Origin: an uncultured Gemmatimonadales bacterium
GTDB taxonomy: Bacteria > Gemmatimonadota > Gemmatimonadetes > Gemmatimonadales > GWC2-71-9
NCBI GenBank assembly: GCA_963748815.1
Contig: CAVVKJ010000005.1
Location: 64,001 to 128,000 of the forward strand
DNA length: 64,000 bases
Direction of reading: 5' to 3'
In this document: one piece after another, positions 29,342 through 38,515 of the stretch
Layout of the letters: the number at the start of each line of letters is the position of its first letter
Numbering within the stretch: the first letter of the stretch is position 1
Translations under genes and position numbers: made by a program
Notes under the pieces: model-generated
Told to the model about the DNA's origin: nothing
The model's database searches: none
Seen by the model: only the letters and a program-made list of their open reading frames with translations

Positions 29342-31816
29342 CTAGAACATGAACCCGGTACTTAACCAGAGCGACGAGCCCTGCGGGCTCCCGACGACGG
29401 TCATCACCCCGCCAAGCGAGCGGTCGGGCAGCGCAAACCAGATGCCGCCACCGGCGCTGCCGTGCCAGATGTTGTCATCGTCGTCCGTGTTGAAGACCCG
29501 CCCGAGATCCCCGATCCCCACCACGCCGAACTGCCACGGGACCACGAAGGGGAAGGTCGCGACGTGCACGCGCAGTTCGGCGTTGCCGAACGCCGACGCC
29601 TCGCCGGCGTAGCGCCCCGACTCGTATCCCCGCACCGTGTTGGAGCCGCCGATGAACGCCGCCTCGTGCACCGGCGGATCGCCCATGGTCAGGCGGCCGC
29701 TCACGCGCGTGGCGAGCGTGATCCGGGACAGTTCGGGAAGGGTCAGGTACGTGGCGACGGAGGCCTGCATGGCGCCGAACGGGGTGCCGGATCCGAAGAC
29801 GAACGGATAGAAGCTCCCGCCCGCGGAGAGGTACATCCCGGTGCGGGTGAACCCGGCGGCATCGCGCGTGTCGTAGATGGCGGTCGCCGCCACCCCCAGC
29901 TGGGCAAACTCCGGCACGCCGTAGGGCCGGGTCAGGTTGATGTAGTTGTAGGAGACCGTGTCCGTCCGCACGTGCTTGTACACCGGACCGACCGCGACGT
30001 GGCTGTTCGGGGTCATGCGGTAGTTCCACGCCGGGTACACGTAGAGCTGGCGCTGCCGCGCGAGGTAGAAATCGGCGGGTTGCGTGAACGGGGTCTCGTT
30101 GCCGTACCCGAAGAAGTGGAGCACGGCGATCTCGGACAGTCCCGCGTTGAGGGTGAGCGCCTCGCGCGACCGCCAGCGCCGGAATTCCCCCTTGACCTCG
30201 ATCGCGTAGTTGTTCGTCGCGGTCGCATAGCCGGACCGGAAGACCAGCTTGCGATAGTACGGATTGAACCCCGACCGATAGGTGGTGAGCGTGATGCCCC
30301 CGCCGATCAGGAGTCCGACGTCCGAATTGACGTCGAACCAGATGTTCGGGCCGACATCGGTCCCGTGCAGCGGCACCGGGGGAGGGCGCGTGAGGTCGAG
30401 ATCTTCCGCTTCCGGCACCCGGAGGGTGTCCAGTACCACCTCGGCGCGGGTCTTGTCGAATTTCGAGGTGGCGCCGTAGACCGTCGTGCGCTGGCCGGAG
30501 CCGCGCGCCCCCGTCACCGTGAGTCCCGGCCGCCAGGCGATGTCCAGCAGCGGCCCCGCCAGGCCCGGCCCCTCGAGCTCGATTCTGTCGGCGCCCCCGC
30601 CCAGGTAGAGCGCCACGGCGTCGGTCTCCCCCGGGCCGTACCACCGCCGGTAGCCAGCCCGAAACGCGAGCGTGAGCGATCCGTCGCTCCCGCGCGTCAC
30701 CGTGACCGTGTCGGCGTCCGGCGTGCCGAAGAAGGCCGCCTCCTGGTTCACCAGTCGATAGAGTCCCCATGCGGCCTTGGGCAGCAGGTCGCGCCGTGCG
30801 CGCAAGGCGGACGCGAGCGGTTTGGCGCCAGCCCGGGCGTAGGCCGTGGGGAGCCGCGCCACCGCGGCATCGATCGCAGAATCGGTCAGTGCCGCCTGGA
30901 ACGCGACCGTCACCGAATCCCATGCCGCCCAGTCGAGCAGCGCGAGCAACTGCCGGTCGAGGGTGCGCTGGTAGCTCATCACGCCGAGACGTTCCTGGTA
31001 GTCCACGCCGAAGTTGACGAAGGCCGGCACCTTGCCGCGGGCCAGCCCGGCCAGGAATCCGTCGTACCTGGCGAACGCCCGCTCGCGATCCCGCGGCGCC
31101 GGAGTCCACCGCCCGGAGGGTTCCTGCCGCGTCCAGCGCCATTCCGCGGGACGATCATCAACCGAGCCGACGTAGGTGTCGAAGAGGCGCTCGCGCAGAT
31201 ACGCCAGGGCGTCCACGCCACGCCCGCCGCCGGCGCGGAGGCTGTCGAGCACCTCGCCGGTGGATCGGCCCTCCGTGGCGGCCGCGACCAGGTACCCGAG
31301 TTCGCCGGCTGCAGCAGTGGGGGTCGTGTCGACCAGTCGCACCAGCTCCGTGCTCGCGACCTGAAGGCCGACCGCCTCGGCGAGCGAGGCGACGACTGGC
31401 CCCGCGCCGGGGTGCCGGGACGCGTTCAGGCCCTGGATGACCGACGGCAGGAGATTCTGGCGGATGACGGCGGGGGTCGCCGCGACGAGGTCGCGGTCCA
31501 GCGGGCGGTATTCCCAGAGCGTCCCGTCCGGGGACCAGAACCAGCGGGTGCCGGTCCGAGCCGCGGTGTCCGCGCTGCCCGCCGAGAAGTCCCGCGGCAG
31601 GGCGGGCGCCGCGACCGGGGTGGCCCAAAGTGATCGGTAGCGGCTGCCGTACAGCACTTGCTCCACGCCCGCGAACATGCCATGGAACCGGTACTCGGTG
31701 CCGGCCGGAACAAGGCTATCGGCGCGGTCCTGCGCCGCCGAGTCTGGGGGAGCGATGAGCAGGAGGAGCAGCACGCCCGGGAGCCACTTCCACATCGCGC
31801 ACGAGGGGGCCGGCAT
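29342..31816 (-). CDS. Omp85/BamA-TamA-family outer-membrane protein with a large N-terminal domain
   Basis: C-terminal barrel with YDTRD, GGSNTVRGY and terminal Phe; TGATG overlap with the upstream OMF gene. Confidence 0.75.
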   Translation of the reverse strand: MPAPSCAMWKWLPGVLLLLLIAPPDSAAQDRADSLVPAGTEYRFHGMFAGVEQVLYGSRYRSLWATPVAAPALPRDFSAGSADTAARTGTRWFWSPDGTLWEYRPLDRDLVAATPAVIRQNLLPSVIQGLNASRHPGAGPVVASLAEAVGLQVASTELVRLVDTTPTAAAGELGYLVAAATEGRSTGEVLDSLRAGGGRGVDALAYLRERLFDTYVGSVDDRPAEWRWTRQEPSGRWTPAPRDRERAFARYDGFLAGLARGKVPAFVNFGVDYQERLGVMSYQRTLDRQLLALLDWAAWDSVTVAFQAALTDSAIDAAVARLPTAYARAGAKPLASALRARRDLLPKAAWGLYRLVNQEAAFFGTPDADTVTVTRGSDGSLTLAFRAGYRRWYGPGETDAVALYLGGGADRIELEGPGLAGPLLDIAWRPGLTVTGARGSGQRTTVYGATSKFDKTRAEVVLDTLRVPEAEDLDLTRPPPVPLHGTDVGPNIWFDVNSDVGLLIGGGITLTTYRSGFNPYYRKLVFRSGYATATNNYAIEVKGEFRRWRSREALTLNAGLSEIAVLHFFGYGNETPFTQPADFYLARQRQLYVYPAWNYRMTPNSHVAVGPVYKHVRTDTVSYNYINLTRPYGVPEFAQLGVAATAIYDTRDAAGFTRTGMYLSAGGSFYPFVFGSGTPFGAMQASVATYLTLPELSRITLATRVSGRLTMGDPPVHEAAFIGGSNTVRGYESGRYAGEASAFGNAELRVHVATFPFVVPWQFGVVGIGDLGRVFNTDDDDNIWHGSAGGGIWFALPDRSLGGVMTVVGSPQGSSLWLSTGFMF

Positions 31817-33255
31817 CAATCCCGCGCGGTACCCAGCTCCGACCACGGTCCACCGAGCGCCTTGTAGAGCCGCACCCCGCTGGCCAGCTGCAACGCCTGC
31901 ACCTGGGCGAGGCTCAGTTCAGCGTTGAAGAGCGTCCGCTGGGCGTCCAACACTTCGAGATAGGTGGACAGTCCGTTCTCGTAGCGGTGCTGGACCAGCA
32001 GGAGGGACGTGGACAGGGTCTCGACCTGCGCGGACTGCGCCGCGACCTGTTCCCGGCTGGTCCGGATGGCCACGAGCGCGTCCTCCACGTCCTGCAGCGC
32101 CCGCAAGATCACCTGCTGGTATCGCGCGCTGGCCTGCTCGGACTGTGCTTCGGCGACGGTGACCTCGCCCTGAAGCCGACCGCCGGTGAAGATCGGCACG
32201 GCGATGCCGAGGAAGAGGCGGTTGGTGTTGTTCTGGCTCTCAAACAGCGTCGAGAGATCGTTGCTGACGTAGCCGTACTCGCCGGTGAGCACGACCTGCG
32301 GCATGCGATTTCCCCACGCGACCCCGATCCGGGCGTTGGCGGCGCGGAGGTCTTCCTCGGCGGCCCGCACGTCCGGGCGGCGGGCGAGGAGATCCGAGGG
32401 CAACCCTTCCGGAACGTCGAAGTTGGACACCTGCTGGTCGAGCGGCATGCCGCGCGGCAACCCGCGGGGCGGCAGGCCGACCAGCACGCTGAGGGCGTTT
32501 TCCTGCTCTGATCGAAGCCGGGCGATGGCGGCCAGCTGTGCCTGCGTCTCCTGGACCTGCGATTCGAATTGGAGCACGTCCAGCCGCGATACCTGGCCCT
32601 CGCGGAACCGGGCGCGGGAGAGCGCCGCGGTTTCCTGGCGCGACGCAAGCGTCCGCTCGGCGACGGCCAGCTGCCGGTCGTACTGGAGCAACGCGAAGTA
32701 GCCGGTCGCGACGGCAGCGGCGAGACTCAACTCCGCCCCGCGCAGCTCTTCGGTCCGCGCCAGGTACGAGGCCTTGCCGGCCTCGCTGGTCCGGCGGACA
32801 CGGCCCCACAGGTCGAGTTCCCAGGCGGCGTCCGCGGAGGCGGAAAAGAGGTCGCCGCTGACGCCGGGGATCTTCGAGTCGATCGTCCCCCCCACGCCGG
32901 TGACGTTCACCTGGGGGTAGAATCCGCTCCGGTCGATGGCGTAGCGCGCCTGGAACTCACGCGTGACGGCGATGGTCGCGATCAGGTCCTGGTTGTGAGC
33001 GCGGGCCGTGTCCATCAGGGCGAGCAGCACGGTGTCGCCGAGCGTCTGGTTCCAGGTCGGGGCAACGGTGTCGGCCGGGGTGGCAACCGGTGGCACCAGC
33101 GGCGGAATCGCGGCGGCGGTGTCCCGGACGACCTGCAGCGTATCGCCGCGGTAGGCGGTCGGCACCGGCGTCGGCGGACGCTCGTAGCCGGGACCGATGG
33201 CGCAGGCGCCGAGCGCGAGGGCCGCGGCGGCGGAGATGAGGGGCCGGCGCATCAC
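31816..33255 (-). CDS. RND outer-membrane factor lipoprotein (OprM/NodT-like)
   Basis: LGAC lipobox; WELDLWGRVRR, PSDLLARRPDVRAAE and LYKALGG motifs. Confidence 0.92.
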   Translation of the reverse strand: MMRRPLISAAAALALGACAIGPGYERPPTPVPTAYRGDTLQVVRDTAAAIPPLVPPVATPADTVAPTWNQTLGDTVLLALMDTARAHNQDLIATIAVTREFQARYAIDRSGFYPQVNVTGVGGTIDSKIPGVSGDLFSASADAAWELDLWGRVRRTSEAGKASYLARTEELRGAELSLAAAVATGYFALLQYDRQLAVAERTLASRQETAALSRARFREGQVSRLDVLQFESQVQETQAQLAAIARLRSEQENALSVLVGLPPRGLPRGMPLDQQVSNFDVPEGLPSDLLARRPDVRAAEEDLRAANARIGVAWGNRMPQVVLTGEYGYVSNDLSTLFESQNNTNRLFLGIAVPIFTGGRLQGEVTVAEAQSEQASARYQQVILRALQDVEDALVAIRTSREQVAAQSAQVETLSTSLLLVQHRYENGLSTYLEVLDAQRTLFNAELSLAQVQALQLASGVRLYKALGGPWSELGTARD

Positions 33256-36200
33256 GCCTCCGCCTCGTCCGCAGGCTTCTTGCTGCCCGCGCTGGCGATC
33301 AGGTAGAAGAAGAGCGGGATGAAGAGCACGCCGATGGCGGTGGCGATGAGCATCCCGGCAAAGACGCCGGTCCCGAGGGAGTGGCGGCTCTGGTCGCCAG
33401 CCCCGCTGGCAATCACCATCGGGACGACGCCGAGAATGAACGCGAACGAGGTCATGAGAATCGGGCGAAACCGGTCCTTGGCGGCTTCCAGGGTCGCCTC
33501 GCGCACGCTATGCCCGGCGACCCGGAGGGCGTTGGCGAACTCGACGATCAGGATGGCGTTCTTGGCTGCCAGTCCGATGACCGTGACCAGGCCGATCTGG
33601 AAGTAGATGTCGTTGGGGACGCCGCGGATGAGGATGCCGATGAGCGCGCCGATGACGCCGAATGGCACTCCGAGAATGACGCCGAACGGGATAGACCAGC
33701 TCTCGTACTGCGCGGCGAGCACCAGGAAGACCAGGATGATGCCGAGGAGGAAGACGGTGTTCCCCTGGCCCTGGGCGAGTTTCTCCTGGTACGACTGGCC
33801 GCTGTAGGCGTAGGCGATGCCGCGGTCGGCGAACGGGACGGCCGCTGCCTCCACCGCGTTCATCATCTGCCCGGTGCTCTTGCCGGGGGCCGGCTCCGCC
33901 GTGATGAGGGAGGAGGTGAAGCCGTTGAAGCGGCTCACGACCGACGGGCCGCCGATGAACTCGGTGGTGGTGAGGGAGGAGATCGGCACCATCGCGCCGC
34001 CCGGAGCCGCCACGTAGAGCTCGCCGATGTCCCCGGGGTTGACCCGGAACTGGGGCTGCGCCTCGGCCTGCACCCGGTAGGTGCGACCGAAGAGGTTGAA
34101 GTCGTTGATATACGACGCCGAGAGCATGGTCTGGAGGGTCTGGAACACCTCGGTCAGCGACACGCCGAGGCTCTTCACCTTTTCCCGGTCCACGGTGACG
34201 TACACCTGTGGCGTGTTGACGCTGATGAGGGCGCGCGGCCGGGCCACGTCCGGCGACTGCCGCGTGGCGGCGACGTACTCGCCGACGACCCCGGCAAACT
34301 CCTTGACGCTGCCGCCCGACCGGTCCAGCAGGTTCATTTCGAGGCCGGCGGTGGTGCCCATGCCGGTGATTTCCGGCAGGTTGAACGCGACGGCCGTGGC
34401 CTCCGGCAGCTGGGAGAGGTCGCGGTTGACGGCGGCGATGATGGCGTTGATCCCGGTGGCTTCGTCGGTGCGTTCGTCCCAGGGTTCGAGCATCACGAAG
34501 ATCGTCGCCATGTTCGTCAGGTTGGCGTTCATGATGAAGTCGAAGCCGACCAGGGAGATGACGTTCTTGACGCCGGCTTTTGCCGCCACGACGCGTTCGA
34601 CCTTGGCCACAACCGAGTCCGCCCGCTGCCGCGAGGCACCCGACGGGAGGGACACCGCGAGCGCGAAGTACCCCTTGTCCTCGGTGGGGACGAACCCTCC
34701 GGGGATCGTCTTGAAGAGCGCCACGATCAGGACCAGAATGACGGCAAACGTCGCGAGGAAGGTCTTGGGCCGGCCGAGCACGCCGCGCACGCCACCCAGG
34801 TAGGTCTCGGTAAACCGGTCGAAGATCTCGTTGAACTTCGTGAAGAACTTTCCCTTGGTCGGGTGCTCGTCCTTGATGAGCATGGTGCAAAGCGCGGGCG
34901 TCAACGTGAGAGCCACGACACCCGACAGGATGACCGACACCACGATCGTCACCGCGAACTGCATGAACATCGCGCCGGTGACGCCCCCCATGAACCCGAC
35001 CGGGATGAACACGGCCGCGAGCACCAGGACGATCGCGATGAGCGCGCCGGCGACCTGGGACATCGCCTTGTCGGTGGCTTCGACCACGCCCACATGCTCC
35101 GTGGCCATGATGCGCTCGACGTTCTCGATGACGATGATCGCGTCGTCCACCACGATGCCGATGGCCAGCACCAGGCCAAAGAGCGTCAGGATATTGATCG
35201 AGAAGCCGAGCATGGCCATGCCAGCGAAGGTGCCGACGATCGACACCGGGACGGCCAGGAGGGGGATCAGCGTGGTGCGCCAGCTCTGGAGGAACAGAAA
35301 CACCACCAGGGTGACGAGCAGCATCGCCTCGGCGAGGGTGTGGATCACTTCCTCGATGGAGGCGGTGATGAACGGAGTCGTATCGTACGCCACGGTGTAG
35401 CCGACGCCGGGAGGGAAGTTGGCGGCCAGCTCGTCCAGGCGCGCCAGGAGGTTGTCCTTCACCTCGAGCGCATTGGCGCCGGCGCGGAGCTTCACGAGCA
35501 GCAGAGCGGTGGGCTGACCGTTCAGCCGGCCCTGCAGGTCGTAGTTGCGGGCGCCAAGCTGCACGTTGGCCAGGTCGGACAGCCGAAGTACGGCGCCGTC
35601 TCGGCCGGTGCGCAGGATGATGTTCCCGAATTCCGCCGCGGTCTTGAGGCGGCCCTTGGCGGTGACCGGGAGCGTCAGGTCGGTGCCCGGCGGCGACGGT
35701 TCCCGCCCTACCCGTCCTCCCGGATTGGTGGCGTTCTGCTCCCGAACGGCGTTCTGGACGTCGGCCACGGTCACGCCGAGCTGCGCCATCCGGTCGGGGT
35801 CGAGCTGCAGCAGCATCGAGAACTCGAGCTGCCCGAAGGTGTAGGCGTCGCCGACGCCATTGACGCGCTTGGCCTCGTCCTCGAGGTTGATCTTCGAGTA
35901 ATTGCTCAGGTATTCCGCGTCGTAGCGCGGGTCGTCCGAGCTGAGGGCGATCATGAGCAGGATGTCCGGCTGTGACTTCTTGACGGTGATGCCCTGGCGC
36001 CGGACCTCTTCGGGGAGCTGCGGTTCGGCCAGCTTGACCTGGTTCTGGACGTCGACCGCGGCCAGGTCCTGGTCCCGGCTGATGTCGAAGAAGATCGACA
36101 GGTTCATCGTCCCGTCGCTGCCATTCGACGACTTGAAGTAAAGCAGGCCGTCCATGCTGGAGAGCTGCTGCTCGATCGGCGCGGCCACTGACTCCGCGAC

Positions 36201-36413
36201 GTCTTCCGCCGTGGCGCCTGGGTACACCGCCGTCACGTCGACGCTGGGCGGACTGATGCGGGGATAGAGCGTGATCGGCAGGCTGACGATGGATGCCACG
36301 CCGAGGAGGAGGATGACGATCGAAATCACCGACGCCAGGATCGGCCGCCGGATGAAGAGGTTCTTCGCGACGTACGGCGCACGGTCCCCCGATGCCGGAG
36401 GGTGTCCGCTCAT
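33252..36413 (-). CDS. HAE1 multidrug RND permease (AcrB/MexB-like)
   Basis: FIRRPI, GIVVDDAIIVIENVER, AKNAILIVEFA and RFRPILMTS motifs. Confidence 0.95.
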   Translation of the reverse strand: MSGHPPASGDRAPYVAKNLFIRRPILASVISIVILLLGVASIVSLPITLYPRISPPSVDVTAVYPGATAEDVAESVAAPIEQQLSSMDGLLYFKSSNGSDGTMNLSIFFDISRDQDLAAVDVQNQVKLAEPQLPEEVRRQGITVKKSQPDILLMIALSSDDPRYDAEYLSNYSKINLEDEAKRVNGVGDAYTFGQLEFSMLLQLDPDRMAQLGVTVADVQNAVREQNATNPGGRVGREPSPPGTDLTLPVTAKGRLKTAAEFGNIILRTGRDGAVLRLSDLANVQLGARNYDLQGRLNGQPTALLLVKLRAGANALEVKDNLLARLDELAANFPPGVGYTVAYDTTPFITASIEEVIHTLAEAMLLVTLVVFLFLQSWRTTLIPLLAVPVSIVGTFAGMAMLGFSINILTLFGLVLAIGIVVDDAIIVIENVERIMATEHVGVVEATDKAMSQVAGALIAIVLVLAAVFIPVGFMGGVTGAMFMQFAVTIVVSVILSGVVALTLTPALCTMLIKDEHPTKGKFFTKFNEIFDRFTETYLGGVRGVLGRPKTFLATFAVILVLIVALFKTIPGGFVPTEDKGYFALAVSLPSGASRQRADSVVAKVERVVAAKAGVKNVISLVGFDFIMNANLTNMATIFVMLEPWDERTDEATGINAIIAAVNRDLSQLPEATAVAFNLPEITGMGTTAGLEMNLLDRSGGSVKEFAGVVGEYVAATRQSPDVARPRALISVNTPQVYVTVDREKVKSLGVSLTEVFQTLQTMLSASYINDFNLFGRTYRVQAEAQPQFRVNPGDIGELYVAAPGGAMVPISSLTTTEFIGGPSVVSRFNGFTSSLITAEPAPGKSTGQMMNAVEAAAVPFADRGIAYAYSGQSYQEKLAQGQGNTVFLLGIILVFLVLAAQYESWSIPFGVILGVPFGVIGALIGILIRGVPNDIYFQIGLVTVIGLAAKNAILIVEFANALRVAGHSVREATLEAAKDRFRPILMTSFAFILGVVPMVIASGAGDQSRHSLGTGVFAGMLIATAIGVLFIPLFFYLIASAGSKKPADEAEA

Positions 36414-37564
36414 GGCGTCGTGCCCGCGGAGGCCGCCGCCGAATCCGAGCCGGTCACGATCGTGACCGGCTGCCCGGGAATGACCCGCTGGGTCCCGTCT
36501 ACCACCACCCGCTCACCGGCGGTGAGTCCGCTGTCGATGACCCAACCGCCGCCTTCCCAGGTGGTGGCTTTCACGGTACGGGCGCGCGCGGTGTCGCCCT
36601 CCGTGGCCACGTACACGAACGCCCCTCCAAGGCCCTGGAGCACCGCCCGTTGCGGCACCAGGATGGCGCCCCGTCGCGTCAGGCCCAGGAGGCGCACCCG
36701 CACGAATTGTCCGGGCAGGAGGGTCCGGTCAGGATTCCGGAACTCGGCCCGGTACTGCTGCGTGCCGGTGCGGGAGTCGAGCGACAGGTCGGCGAAGTCC
36801 AGCTGCCCCTTCGAGGGGAGCGGGGTGCCATCCGAGAGGCGGACCTCCACCTGCAGCTTCCCCTTGGGAAAGATCAGCTTCCCCTCCGCGCGCTCGCGCC
36901 GGAGCCGCAACAGCTCGAGGTCGGAGGGGCTGAAGTAGACGTAGATCGGGTCGATCTGCTGCAGGTCGGTCAGGATGTCGGCGGGGCCGGTCACCCGCGC
37001 GCCGAGCGGCAGCGCCGCCCGGCCGGCGCGACCGGGGATCTCGGCGCGAATGAAGGTGTCGTCGAAGTCCTTCTTGGCGCGATCCGCATTGCCCTGAGCC
37101 TCCGCCAGGGCGGCCTGGGCCTGCTGGAGCTCGGTCGTCGCGTCGTCGACGTCCTTCTGGGACACCGCCCCCTCCGCGAGCAGGGGGGTCAGCCGCTTGA
37201 GCGTCCGCTGGGCGTTATCGAGCCGGGCCCGCGCGTTGTCAGCAGCGGCCTGGGTGCTCCGGTACGTCGCCTCGTACGTGGTGGGATCGAGCCGAAAGAG
37301 CAGGGTCCCCTTGGCGACGTCGCTTCCCTCGGCGTAGGGCCGCTCGATGATGACTCCGTTGAGCTGCGAGCGCACCTCGATGAACTTGGACGCCGCGCCC
37401 TGACCGACCAGTTCGATGCTCGCCGGGATGTCCTGTGGCGCGGTCGTGACGACGGTGACGTTGGGCGGGGGCAGTTGGGGCGCGCCCTTGTCGCCGCAGG
37501 CCGCGAGGCCCAGCGCCAGCCCGAGCATCGCACTGCGCCGGCCGGATTGTGTCAGAAGTGGCAC
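36410..37564 (-). CDS. RND membrane fusion protein (AcrA-like); start uncertain
   Basis: LAAC lipobox; EGSDVAKGTLLFRLDP, NPDRTLLPGQFVRV and GLTAGERVVVDG motifs. Confidence 0.92.
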   Translation of the reverse strand: MPLLTQSGRRSAMLGLALGLAACGDKGAPQLPPPNVTVVTTAPQDIPASIELVGQGAASKFIEVRSQLNGVIIERPYAEGSDVAKGTLLFRLDPTTYEATYRSTQAAADNARARLDNAQRTLKRLTPLLAEGAVSQKDVDDATTELQQAQAALAEAQGNADRAKKDFDDTFIRAEIPGRAGRAALPLGARVTGPADILTDLQQIDPIYVYFSPSDLELLRLRRERAEGKLIFPKGKLQVEVRLSDGTPLPSKGQLDFADLSLDSRTGTQQYRAEFRNPDRTLLPGQFVRVRLLGLTRRGAILVPQRAVLQGLGGAFVYVATEGDTARARTVKATTWEGGGWVIDSGLTAGERVVVDGTQRVIPGQPVTIVTGSDSAAASAGTTP

Positions 37565-37689
37565 GCGAACTTCCTCGGGTGAGGTGCGATCCGCCCCCGC
37601 CGGAGGCGGTTACGTTTCGTGGGTGCGGCGAGAGGACCTGCGAACAGAGAAAAGTGCCCTTCCGGCGGAGTGCCGTCAAGCACAAAACC

Positions 37690-38506
37690 ATGGAGAGAAT
37701 CCGGGAAATGACGGGGATGTTGCTCGTTTTGACTGCCACGCTCTGGACGGCGCCATCGGGATGGGTCGCCGTGGGCACCGGCGTCGCCTGCCGGGACACC
37801 GGGCGGACCGGAGTCTACGGGACGTTCGTCGCCTATGGCGGGTGGGGGGTCAAGGAGGCGTGGGCCCGCGCCTGGGTGGACGAGGTCTACCGGGCGGCCC
37901 TGGCCAGCCGCGGCATCCGGTATCTCTGTGCGGTGCGCGGGCCCGGAGGCGGTGGACTATGCCGGCCGTGAAATCGGGAATGCGGCGCTCGCCACGCACC
38001 TGCTGACCCGACCGCGCGGGCTCGTCATTGTGGCGGCCCACTCGAGCGGGAGCTTTGTGGCCCACGAACTTTTCGCGGAGCTGGAGCAGATGGGGGCGCC
38101 AGGCGCAGGACTGCTCGGACGCACGGTGTACTACGACCTCGACGGCGGCGAGTCGGGGTTGACGCCCGCGATCGTCGGCCACCTGCGCCGTGCCTATTTC
38201 GTCTATGCAGAAGACAGCACGACCGGAACCCGGTCGGCGAATGCCGCGACGATGCTCGCGCTCGGCGCGCGGTACGCCGCCGCCGGGGGTGTGCTGGCCG
38301 TGAACGCCTCCCGATCCGGGTGCAAGGCGGGCGCCAAGTGGTGTCTCCACGACGCGCTCGTCACCGAGCGTCCCCACAACCCCGAGACGTTCGATCTTGA
38401 ACGGGACTACCAGGGATTTCTCCCCGACCGCCCCGCGGCGATCGCCTACCTCTCCGCCCCCTGGAATCCGCCGGCCCCCGGACCGGCGACCAGCTCACCA
38501 CACTGA
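37690..38506 (+). CDS. Secreted hypothetical, possibly alpha/beta-hydrolase-like, split by a +1 frameshift near 37945
   Basis: Frames join as YLCAVRGP/EAVDYAGREIGN; AHSSG nucleophile-elbow-like motif. Confidence 0.5.
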
Positions 38507-38515
38507 ACCGGCACC

